The notes below the pieces were generated by a model, which had not been told where the DNA came from, did no database searches, and worked only from the letters and a program-made list of their open reading frames with translations. DNA of 64,000 bases, taken from Methanomassiliicoccales archaeon. GTDB taxonomy: Archaea > Thermoplasmatota > Thermoplasmata > Methanomassiliicoccales > UBA472. The stretch spans positions 42,195 to 106,194 of the forward strand of contig DAONGL010000001.1 of the NCBI GenBank assembly GCA_035404085.1. Reading direction: 5' to 3'. How positions within the stretch are numbered: position 1 is the first letter of the stretch; each line of letters begins with the position of its first letter. Below are positions 27,669 to 35,579 of the stretch, piece by piece. Position numbers and translations under genes: made by a program.

Positions 27669-28583
27669 TCAGCAGGAGAACAGGTTCGTGCTCAGGTACT
27701 TCTCCCCACGGTCCGCGAACAAGGTGACTATGGTCCCGGAATCGATGCGTTTGGCGATCTCGGCCGCGGCGTACATGGCCGCCCCGCTGCTCATTCCCAC
27801 GAAGATGCCTTCCTGTTTGACTATCTGGCGGGTCATCTCGTAGGCGTCCTCGGTCTCCACCATGATGGTGATGTCGATCTTGCTCGGATCGTATATCGCC
27901 GGGACGATGGCCTCCTCCATGTTCTTCAGGCCCTGGATGTAATGCCCTTTGACCGGATGAGCGCTGACGATCTTGACGTTGGGATTGTGCTCCTTGAGCG
28001 CCCTGCCCACGCCCATGATGGTTCCGGACGTTCCTAAAGCGGAAACGAGGTAGTCCACCTTCCCGCCGGTCTGTTTCCAGATCTCGTCGCCGGTGGTCTT
28101 GTAATGCGCTATCTTGTTGTACTTGTTGGAGAACTGGTCGGGCATGAAGTACTTGTCAGGGTTCTCGGCCACCAGCTTCTTCGCCAAGCGGATCGCCCCG
28201 TCCGTGCCGTCCGTGGCTGGACTCAACGTTACGGTTCCGCCGAAGGCCTTGATCATCTGCCTGCGCTCGACGGAAACCGCCGCGCACATGACGATCTCCA
28301 CGCCGTAACCCTTAATCGCACCGATCATGGCCAAGGCCACACCGGTGTTCCCCGAGGTCGGTTCAATTATGGTCTTTCCCTTGGTCAGCTTGCCTTCCTG
28401 CTCGGCCTGCTCGACCATGGCCAAGGCTATGCGGTCCTTGATGCTGCCAGTGGGGTTGAAGCCCTCTATCTTGGCCAAAATGGTGACGTTGGGATTGGGA
28501 TTCAGCTTATTGATCCTAACCAAAGGGGTGTTTCCGATCGACTGGAGTATGTGTTCCTTGTAATCGGGGGTTGGAGTTTTCAT
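27669..28583 (-). CDS. cysK: cysteine synthase (O-acetylserine/O-phosphoserine sulfhydrylase, PLP fold type II)
   Basis: 304 aa with the PLP lysine motif EGFNPTGSIKDR, then EPTSGNTG and GTSGTIMG. Confidence 0.9.
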   Translation of the reverse strand: MKTPTPDYKEHILQSIGNTPLVRINKLNPNPNVTILAKIEGFNPTGSIKDRIALAMVEQAEQEGKLTKGKTIIEPTSGNTGVALAMIGAIKGYGVEIVMCAAVSVERRQMIKAFGGTVTLSPATDGTDGAIRLAKKLVAENPDKYFMPDQFSNKYNKIAHYKTTGDEIWKQTGGKVDYLVSALGTSGTIMGVGRALKEHNPNVKIVSAHPVKGHYIQGLKNMEEAIVPAIYDPSKIDITIMVETEDAYEMTRQIVKQEGIFVGMSSGAAMYAAAEIAKRIDSGTIVTLFADRGEKYLSTNLFSC

Positions 28584-28687
28584 GGTCAGCTCTCCAGATA
28601 GGAAAGGTGAGATTAATAATTACTATATCTCAGCTAGGGAGCTAATCGAATAAGACGGCAGGCGTTTTTTTCCCATGTCAACATGGA

Positions 28688-29011
28688 TCAGATATCAATT
28701 AGGACGTCCCCGCCCTCGATCGAGATCTTGTAGATGCCCAGGGGTTTAGCCTTCCCGATCAGTGGTATCCTGACCTGAGAAACTACTTCGCCAGTTCGCA
28801 CGTCGTATCTTGAACCATGTTTAGGGCATTTTACGACATGTCCATCAAGCGAACCCTCCCAAAGCCGAGCGGCCATATGGGAGCAGAGTCCATCCATGCC
28901 ATAAATTACCCCATCCACATTGGCTAGCAAGATATGTCTGCCATCTATTTCCACGCCTTTCATGGTCCCTGGCGGCATCTCTGAGAGCAAAGCAACCTTC
29001 TTGGTCGGCAT
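28688..29011 (-). CDS. Rieske [2Fe-2S] domain protein
   Basis: 107 aa with CSHMAARL (CxH) and CPKHGSRYD (CxxH) at Rieske spacing. Confidence 0.85.
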   Translation of the reverse strand: MPTKKVALLSEMPPGTMKGVEIDGRHILLANVDGVIYGMDGLCSHMAARLWEGSLDGHVVKCPKHGSRYDVRTGEVVSQVRIPLIGKAKPLGIYKISIEGGDVLIDI

Positions 29012-29238
29012 GATCTAAGATAATGCAGGGATTGAGGATATATTATCGCCGCGAACGGTCTTTCCTCTATCCAAGGTCCTGAAAGACCCGGTCTCGTGTC
29101 CCAATACGCCTAATGACCTTTTCCAATCGAAAAAGGAACCATATGGTCGCTCGCCGTCACGAATTAGACACATCATCATTCATCGCGACTGAGGCAAGGG
29201 CCATATAATCACGATCTCCTTCTATGGGCGGGACCCAG

Positions 29239-30129
29239 ATGATAATCGACAGCCACGTTCACCTCTGGTTACGGGACCATCTCCCGGACGCCATGGTCCG
29301 CATGTACCTTGAACCACTCATCGCCCTGGAAGGGCTCATGGACTGGGACGTGCAAACGGAAACGGTCTGGCCCGAGTACACCGTGGGCCCAGATAAGATC
29401 CTGGAGGCGATGGACGACGGCGGCGTGGACAAGGCGGTCATTCTGCCCATCGACTTCAATCTGGTCGAGAAGGCCAGGCTTGATGTGAACGAGTACAATA
29501 CCTGGGTGTTCGAAACCTGCGCCACCGCCGCCGACCGTCTGATACCGTTCATCGGCGTAGACCCCCAGAGAGGCGACCAGGCGCTCGATGTTCTGGACCG
29601 TTACGTGAAAAGATACGATGCCAGGGGGGTTAAGCTCTACCCGTCCACCGGCTGGTATCCCAACGAAGAGCGTGTGCGCAGGTTCCTGGACCGCGTGGAC
29701 GAACTGGGTCTGGTGATCGTCACCCACGCCGGGGCGGCCTGGGGCTCACTTGATGAAAGGTTCAGCGAACCATCCTTCTGGAACGAGGTCCTGCACCGCC
29801 ACCCCGATACGAACATCGTGCTGGCCCACCTAGGCGGAAGGTGGAGACAGCAGGCCTACCAGATGTGCAAGGAATATCCCAATTGCTTCACTGATTGCTC
29901 CGCTCTGCAAGGCTGGCTTCCTTCCGATCCGGAGACCGCCATCTCACGGTTGAAGGAACTGGCCGCGACCATCCCGGACAAGGTGTCCTTCGGTTCCGAT
30001 TTCCCGCTGTTCGAGCTGAGCTACACCACTCCGATGTGGGCGCACTTCGTCAGGACCCAGCCTTGGGCGGACGAAGATACCAGGGCCAAACTTCTAGGCG
30101 GGAACATGCGAAAGGTCCTGGGCATCTGA
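29239..30129 (+). CDS. amidohydrolase-2 family metal-dependent hydrolase (paralog 1)
   Basis: MIIDSHVHLW... (HxH metal motif), then VTHAG, and FGSDFPL near the C-terminus. I prefer ATG 29239 by alignment with the paralog start MIIDGHVHMW. The track start is 29224. Confidence 0.85.
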   Translation: MIIDSHVHLWLRDHLPDAMVRMYLEPLIALEGLMDWDVQTETVWPEYTVGPDKILEAMDDGGVDKAVILPIDFNLVEKARLDVNEYNTWVFETCATAADRLIPFIGVDPQRGDQALDVLDRYVKRYDARGVKLYPSTGWYPNEERVRRFLDRVDELGLVIVTHAGAAWGSLDERFSEPSFWNEVLHRHPDTNIVLAHLGGRWRQQAYQMCKEYPNCFTDCSALQGWLPSDPETAISRLKELAATIPDKVSFGSDFPLFELSYTTPMWAHFVRTQPWADEDTRAKLLGGNMRKVLGI

Positions 30130-30171
30130 GCGGCAAAATCTAATCTAGTCTGGAGTCGATTCACCCAAGCG

Positions 30172-31062
30172 ATGATCATCGACGGTCACGTCCACATGTG
30201 GCTCCGGCCTATGTATCCGGATGTCATCATAAACGCCTATCTGGAACCCTGGCTGGCCATGTCGGAGTTCCTGGACATGACCGAGGAGATCGAGAAGAGC
30301 TTTCCCACTTCCGAGGTGCGCCCGGACCTTCTAGTGGAGTTCATGAAGCAGGGCGGCGTCGACCGGTCGGTCGTACTGCCGTTGGACTTCGGCCTGGTTC
30401 AGGAACCTAAGGTCGGCGTCGAGGAGTTCAACGACTGGATATTTGAGTCCGCGGCGATCTACCCGGACAAGCTCATCCCGTTCATGGGCATCGATCCTGG
30501 CCGAGGCGAGCAGGCCATACGCCTGATGCGCAAGTACTTCGCCAAGTTCGAGCCCAAGGGCATCAAGATCTATCCTCCGAACGGTTTCTATCCGTATGAA
30601 GAGAGGCTAAAGCCGTTCTGGAAGGAGGTCAGCGACATGGGTCTGGTCGTAGTGAGCCACGCCGGCGCCAGCTGGGGTCCCCTGGACGAGGAGAAGAGCC
30701 GTCCCATACACTTCCGCAGCGTTCTTGACAAGTACCCGGACCTCAGACTCATCATCGCCCACCTGGGCGGCAAATACCGGGCGGACACTTACGAACTGGC
30801 GAAGGAGTACGATAACCTATACACCGACTGTTCCGCTCTGCAAGGCTGGCTTCCGGCCGAGCCGCAGATGGTCAAGGACCGCCTGACCGAAGCGTTCTCG
30901 GTAATGGGCGACCGGGTGATCTTCGGGACGGATTGGCCACTATTCGACCTCTCCTATCCCTACGAATCGTGGTGCTCCTTCGTAAGAGAGCTGGACATCT
31001 GCTCCGAGGGGCGTAGGGAGAAACTGCTCGGGGGAACGATGCAGAAGCTGCTGGGGATCTGA
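30172..31062 (+). CDS. amidohydrolase-2 family metal-dependent hydrolase (paralog 2)
   Basis: 296 aa and collinear with paralog 1 over the full length, roughly half the residues identical by eye (MIIDGHVHMW, LIPFMGIDP.RGEQA, VSHAG, TDCSALQGWLP, LLGG.M.K.LGI). Confidence 0.85.
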   Translation: MIIDGHVHMWLRPMYPDVIINAYLEPWLAMSEFLDMTEEIEKSFPTSEVRPDLLVEFMKQGGVDRSVVLPLDFGLVQEPKVGVEEFNDWIFESAAIYPDKLIPFMGIDPGRGEQAIRLMRKYFAKFEPKGIKIYPPNGFYPYEERLKPFWKEVSDMGLVVVSHAGASWGPLDEEKSRPIHFRSVLDKYPDLRLIIAHLGGKYRADTYELAKEYDNLYTDCSALQGWLPAEPQMVKDRLTEAFSVMGDRVIFGTDWPLFDLSYPYESWCSFVRELDICSEGRREKLLGGTMQKLLGI

Positions 31063-31629
31063 TCAGGCCCAGGGGTTCCCCCAGCTGCCATCAAAGAAGT
31101 TCTCTCCGACCGGCTTGCGCGGCGGTCTTTCCACCTCGGCCAAGAGCTGCTTCTCCGAGAGCATGGAAACGTCCGAACCCGGATAGCCGCATATGATCAA
31201 GGTTATCAGGACCTGCTCCGCCGGTATCCCAAGCTTTTCCTTTATGGCTACGGGGTCATATCCAGCTATGGGATGGGCGATCAGTCCCATCTCGGTGGCC
31301 CGCAACATCATCTCGCCCACGGCAAGTCCGGTGCTGAAAAGATGATAATCACGCCGGTCGGTGAGCTTGCAATCATCGTCCAGGCGGGAGCATACGACGA
31401 ATATCAACGGTGCTTTCGTAGCCCATCCGTTTCCTCGGGGCAGGGAGGAGCGGATAGCTTCCAGGGACGATGGGTCCCTGGCCACTATGATCCGCCATGG
31501 TTGGTTGTTGTTGCAGGACGGTGAAAGCCGCATGGCGTCTACGAGCTCAGAGATCAATCCATCCGACACTGGCTTGGCGTCGAACGCCCTGGTGGCCCGG
31601 CGCTTGTCAACAGCTTCCTTCACGTCCAT
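31063..31629 (-). CDS. nitroreductase family protein
   Basis: 188 aa: RRATRAF...PSCNNNQPWRIIV...GLIAHPIAGYD, typical of the FMN nitroreductase fold. Confidence 0.85.
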   Translation of the reverse strand: MDVKEAVDKRRATRAFDAKPVSDGLISELVDAMRLSPSCNNNQPWRIIVARDPSSLEAIRSSLPRGNGWATKAPLIFVVCSRLDDDCKLTDRRDYHLFSTGLAVGEMMLRATEMGLIAHPIAGYDPVAIKEKLGIPAEQVLITLIICGYPGSDVSMLSEKQLLAEVERPPRKPVGENFFDGSWGNPWA

Positions 31630-31780
31630 GTTATCCGAATGTGAACGCTCGGTCAGTTAATATCGTTTGCCGGCGCGGCACTTGGTTCATCCTTGATCTC
31701 CCGTAGATGTGCGCCGCGTATGGATTCTGCTCCATCCTACCATAAACCTTTAAATCGGAAACGGTAATTGCGGAGCGTTC

Positions 31781-31881
<101 letters not shown>

Positions 31882-31924
31882 ATGAATATTCTAAAGAAAA
31901 ATAAAAAAGGTGGGCGGAGGGCTC

Positions 31925-32764
31925 TCAGAGCTCCTCCAACGCCTCCTTGCGTTCCTTCTCATACTCTTCCTGGCTGATGATTCCCCTCTTGCGCAGGTCC
32001 TCGATCTTGTCCAGCTTCTCCGCGGCGCTCATCTTCGAAGGCTGGTTGACGATGGAGACCGGCGTAACGTCCATGTGTATGACCGCGCTGGCGATCTTGG
32101 TGACCTCGAACGGCTTACCTACGTTCTCCCAGGAGACCGCTCCGCCGCTCATCAGCTTGATGCCCGGCGATTCGTAATCGATACCGCCCTTCTCCCCGGC
32201 GGTGGCGAAGAACACGTCCCCATATCCCAATATCCTCTCGTACCAGGGTTGGATGGTGGTGACGCTCTGCACCTTCTCTATTCCGGTGTCAGCGTATCGC
32301 AGGGTGAAGATACCATAACGGGTGATTATCCTCTGGTCGGTGACCACAAAGAGCACCCGGCTGAGATAGATGTAGTTGATGGCCAGGAGCAGCAAGGCGA
32401 AGACCAGCGGTATCAGGTACCAATACCAGGGCAATTGCTTGTCGATCAAGGCGGTCCAGGTGATTATGGCGATCCCGGCCAGTCCTCCGATCAAGCCGAG
32501 CCTCTTACGATCGGTGATGATCATCAACAAACAGGCCGCGACCGCGATCACCAGCACCAGAAGGTCTTCGTTGCTGTTGTATAAGAACTCCATCAGCACT
32601 AAGTATACCAAGGCGAAGGCGGTCAGCAACAATCCTTTGCCCATGATGATGATGGCGGCCGGTTTCCCCTGCCACTTGATGTTCTCCCCTGATATCAGGT
32701 AGTCCGAGGCCGGCGAACCGCTCGCCGCCCGGGATAACAATGAACCCCCCTTGTTCTTCCCCAT
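31925..32764 (-). CDS. membrane protein with bacterial PH-like (YdbT/DUF304-type) domain and C-terminal SHOCT domain
   Basis: The start is trimmed to ATG 32764, preceded by GGAGGAGGGG. It has TM helices followed by a TDQRIITRYGIF...VQSV... PH-like segment. The C-terminal SAAEKLDKIEDLRKRGIISQEEYEKERKEAL is the SHOCT pattern. Confidence 0.7.
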   Translation of the reverse strand: MGKNKGGSLLSRAASGSPASDYLISGENIKWQGKPAAIIIMGKGLLLTAFALVYLVLMEFLYNSNEDLLVLVIAVAACLLMIITDRKRLGLIGGLAGIAIITWTALIDKQLPWYWYLIPLVFALLLLAINYIYLSRVLFVVTDQRIITRYGIFTLRYADTGIEKVQSVTTIQPWYERILGYGDVFFATAGEKGGIDYESPGIKLMSGGAVSWENVGKPFEVTKIASAVIHMDVTPVSIVNQPSKMSAAEKLDKIEDLRKRGIISQEEYEKERKEALEEL

Positions 32765-33049
32765 TTTTCTCCCCTCCTCCTGCACCATGGCAATACAAGT
32801 CCTTTCGGCCACATCGTCCTAGGATGCGGAAGAAACATGGTCGTGTTGAATATTATAATGATTTGTGATACGGTGCCAGTCTTCGACAGGGTGGCGGTCA
32901 TGCCCTTTCTTGGTCGAGTGGCTTTTAATATACTCTCATTGGTGCGAGAAAAGGAAAATCATGGGCCATATGAGAGCTCGGAGGGACGTCGGGGAGCAAA
33001 AGGTTATTAAAGAACGATTGGATGAGGGCAGCTAGTCTGGTGTGTACTG

Positions 33050-33157
33050 ATGAAGAGAAGTTCACGCGCCTGGAAGAAGAAAGGCAAGCAGCGCTGGAAA
33101 TGGCGCAAGAAAAAGATGAGACGGCGAAAGCACGCCCAGAAGATGCGTAAGCGTTAA
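33050..33157 (+). CDS. rpl41e: 50S ribosomal protein L41e-like basic peptide
   Basis: Not in the ORF track (35 aa): MKRSSRAWKKKGKQRWKWRKKKMRRRKHAQKMRKR. The KRSSRxWKKKGxxRWKWxKK pattern matches my memory of archaeal L41e sequences. It ends 12 nt before tRNA-Trp. Confidence 0.65.
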   Translation: MKRSSRAWKKKGKQRWKWRKKKMRRRKHAQKMRKR

Positions 33158-33169
33158 AGCTGAACCAGT

Positions 33170-33341
33170 GGGGGTATGGGGTAACACGGTATCCTCGCGG
33201 GCTCCAGTTAATATGGAGTGATTGCTAACGGGTTTGCTGATCCGGTGATGACTAACTGGAGCGATGACCTGTTAATTCGCGTGGGGTCGCTCCCCACGTG
33301 GTGGAAACCCGCTGATCTGGGTTCAAATCCCAGTGCCCCCA
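33170..33341 (+). tRNA. tRNA-Trp (CCA) with ~99-nt intron (approx. 33208-33306)
   Basis: Hand-folded. Acceptor is GGGGGTA/TGCCCCC, and anticodon stem GCGGG (33197-33201) pairs with CCCGC (33308-33312), with loop CTCCAG[intron]A. T arm is CTGGG-TTCAAAT-CCCAG, with discriminator A. Intron boundaries are good to a few nt. Confidence 0.85.
33218..33267 (+). ncRNA. box C/D guide RNA module embedded in the tRNA-Trp intron
   Basis: In order: GTGATTG (C-like, 33218-33224), 12-nt spacer, CTGA (D', 33237-33240), 4 nt, GTGATGA (C', 33245-33251), 12-nt spacer, ATGA (D-like, 33264-33267). The spacers are complementary to the anticodon loop and to the 3' anticodon-stem strand of the same tRNA. Confidence 0.7.
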
Positions 33342-33514
33342 CCTCATTAACTTTCCAAACAGGCCAGCACCGTTAAAGGTGCGGCCCCCCTTTGCTTTTT
33401 TATTTTTTATCATTTCTTATCTACGCCATGCATGACTGAGTCGACGAGGCCTCTTTTCACAGATTAATCAGTTTGGTCGATAGGTTAGGCTTCGTGGGGC
33501 GGATGTTTATATGA

Positions 33515-34120
33515 ATGGCTCTCATACAAAGATTGAGGCTGCTATTGAACATCACCATCTTCGCCTTCATCTACGTCATCTGCGCTGCCGCGGCTCTGTT
33601 CATCAGGGTCATCTTCATGCTGATGATCGGTGACCGTAAGGCTTACAGGAGCTCCTTTACGGACAAACTGCTGGTCTTCCTGATAGTCGCCAGTATGATC
33701 GCCCCTCTGGCATACATTCTCACTCCTCACCTCAACTTCGCTAACTATCACGTACCGGACGCCATGGCCTGGTCAGGTGCCGTACTGATCGTGGCATCAC
33801 TTCTTCTATTATGGAGGTCGCACGCCGACCTGGGCGTTAACTTCGCGCTAACCCCCGGAGTTCATGGGGAGCAATCGTTGGTGAGGAAAGGGGTATACCG
33901 CCGGGTGCGGCATCCGATGTACACCTCGTTATGGTTATGGGCCTTCTCCATGCCGCTGTTGCTACATAACCTGGTCGCCGGGGCCATATTCATTGCGGTG
34001 TTCGGTTCCTTCTACTTCGCCCGCGTTCCGATCGAGGAGAACCACATGACCGAGAGGTTCGGTGATAAGTATAAGGAGTACATGGGGGAAACTGGTAGAC
34101 TGTTCCCCCGTTTCAAGTAA
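33515..34120 (+). CDS. isoprenylcysteine carboxyl methyltransferase (ICMT)/phospholipid methyltransferase family membrane protein
   Basis: 201 aa and polytopic. The C-terminal LVRKGVYRRVRHPMYTSLWLWAF...E matches the ICMT/PEMT SAM-binding motif. Confidence 0.8.
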   Translation: MALIQRLRLLLNITIFAFIYVICAAAALFIRVIFMLMIGDRKAYRSSFTDKLLVFLIVASMIAPLAYILTPHLNFANYHVPDAMAWSGAVLIVASLLLLWRSHADLGVNFALTPGVHGEQSLVRKGVYRRVRHPMYTSLWLWAFSMPLLLHNLVAGAIFIAVFGSFYFARVPIEENHMTERFGDKYKEYMGETGRLFPRFK

Positions 34121-34475
34121 TAGTCACTAGTCCTTGGCCGATCCAGTTATTGAGGATCAAGAATCCGACAGAACGGTGAACACTAATCGGGGCAGCTTCG
34201 ATCGTGGCGTTCATTGAATTCTCCCGGTGAACCGACGTCATTTCCGCGACCACGACTACTTATGCGTTACTGTGTCCAATGGGTGAAAATGGGTCTCATG
34301 GGGCGTTCAAAGATGGTGAATAATCACCAGTCCTCACCTTTCTTTTCAAGAAATGATACAACTAAAGCGTAATCTTTATATTCAGCAAGCAATCCTGAAA
34401 TTGGGAGCACCCCGCGGACCTTCTCCAACTTCCCCACCAACTACGTTTTGCGGGGGGTCTCCTTCAACTTCTCCA

Positions 34476-35579
34476 TCATTTGATCTCCTTCCAGGGGAAC
34501 CTGCTCTTGATGGCCGAAATTACCCTCTGGTCCCTGGCCAGTCGGTCACTTAGCACCGAGCCGTCCGGAACGGTGACCCGGACCTTCTCGTTCCGGTAAT
34601 CGTCAACGGTCTTGCCCATCCACTCCCCTTTGATTCGTATCCCGGTGCCCTTCAAGCTCAAGGAGGTGTGCAGTATGCTCAGGTCGTACAGCAGTTCGAT
34701 CATCAACCACGGATCGTAGGAGATGGTCAACGGCACCTCGTATGGGTAGCTTATCAGCATCGAGGGCACCTTGTGAGCGTTGGCATGGGCCCTCGTCTTA
34801 TCGTCATTGGTCAGGAAGAGCACGTCCACCCGTTGTTCGAGCATCTCTGCGGCCACGGAACGGAGCATCTCATCGTCCCTAGCCTCCTTATCATCAACAA
34901 AGGAGCCGCCCTGTGCCGACCAGCAGTTGTAGTGTTGCTTGAGCGCCACCACCTCCGCCTGTCCGTTCAGTGCCTTACGCCCGTTCTTGTTCAGGCAGTT
35001 GAACAGGTCGTCTGCCACAATGCGGTCCCGCACCGCCCTTCTCAGCTCATCCACGTCTCTCCGATCGTACTTCTTGCCGACCCGCCTGGACAGCTCCTCC
35101 TCGGCCATGGAGGGGATCAATACCTGTACTCTCTGGGGATCGAAGGAGCGGACGTTGCAGCCCTTTCCCGCCAGAAGCAAACGGGAGAAAAGTCTGCGAT
35201 AAAGGAGATTGGTATCCAGTCCGATGCACGTCTGCCGCGGGAAGCGGTAAGGGTCGCCCCGCCTCTCGTTAAAACGGTATATCTCGGCCATCAGAGCGTC
35301 CAGGTTCGTAGGGGGCATGAACAAGGAGGCCTGTAACGCCTCTCGCAGGTCCAGGAACGTCGGGATGTCCCTGGCCATCTGATCCCCCAGGGCGCTTCTC
35401 ATTCGACCATATGCCTCGTCGTAATCCCTTTCCCGGACCACCCATTGCACCTGCTGGTGGTCCAGGTCCAAGGCTAGGAGGTCTAGGTCGAGAAGGTCCG
35501 AGCGCACGATCAGGTTGCCCTTATCGGCCATCCTGGATTCGTTGAGAACGACGGTGATGAACTCCTTATCCACCTCCAT
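34476..35579 (-). CDS. PIN-domain nuclease with unrecognised N- and C-terminal domains
   Basis: 367 aa. The four acidic PIN positions occur in canonical order: CIGLDTNLLYRR, PSMAEEEL, DDEMLRSVAAE, VLFLTNDDKT. Its ATG shares one nucleotide (35579) with the TGA of the upstream ORF. Confidence 0.75.
   Translation of the reverse strand: MEVDKEFITVVLNESRMADKGNLIVRSDLLDLDLLALDLDHQQVQWVVRERDYDEAYGRMRSALGDQMARDIPTFLDLREALQASLFMPPTNLDALMAEIYRFNERRGDPYRFPRQTCIGLDTNLLYRRLFSRLLLAGKGCNVRSFDPQRVQVLIPSMAEEELSRRVGKKYDRRDVDELRRAVRDRIVADDLFNCLNKNGRKALNGQAEVVALKQHYNCWSAQGGSFVDDKEARDDEMLRSVAAEMLEQRVDVLFLTNDDKTRAHANAHKVPSMLISYPYEVPLTISYDPWLMIELLYDLSILHTSLSLKGTGIRIKGEWMGKTVDDYRNEKVRVTVPDGSVLSDRLARDQRVISAIKSRFPWKEIK

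Noticed and set aside
32959-33033. 24-codon ORF (MGHMRARRDVGEQKVIKERLDEGS) upstream of the L41e-like gene
   Set aside because: It is too short and featureless to support, and no family is recognised. It lies in the probable promoter region, with a TATA-like TTTTAATATA at about 32923.
33515-34120. Functional link between the ICMT-family methyltransferase and the Rab/Ras-like GTPase (9619-10134)
   Set aside because: The pairing is tempting, since prenyl-Cys methylation of small GTPases occurs in eukaryotes. However, the GTPase ends in ...GELTMEV with no Cys or CaaX box. The genes are 23 kb apart and no prenyltransferase is nearby.
34353-34553. 66-aa plus-strand ORF in the gap downstream of the PIN gene
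   Set aside because: It is Pro/Ser/Gly-rich and low-complexity, overlaps the PIN gene's 3' end in antisense, and has no start context.
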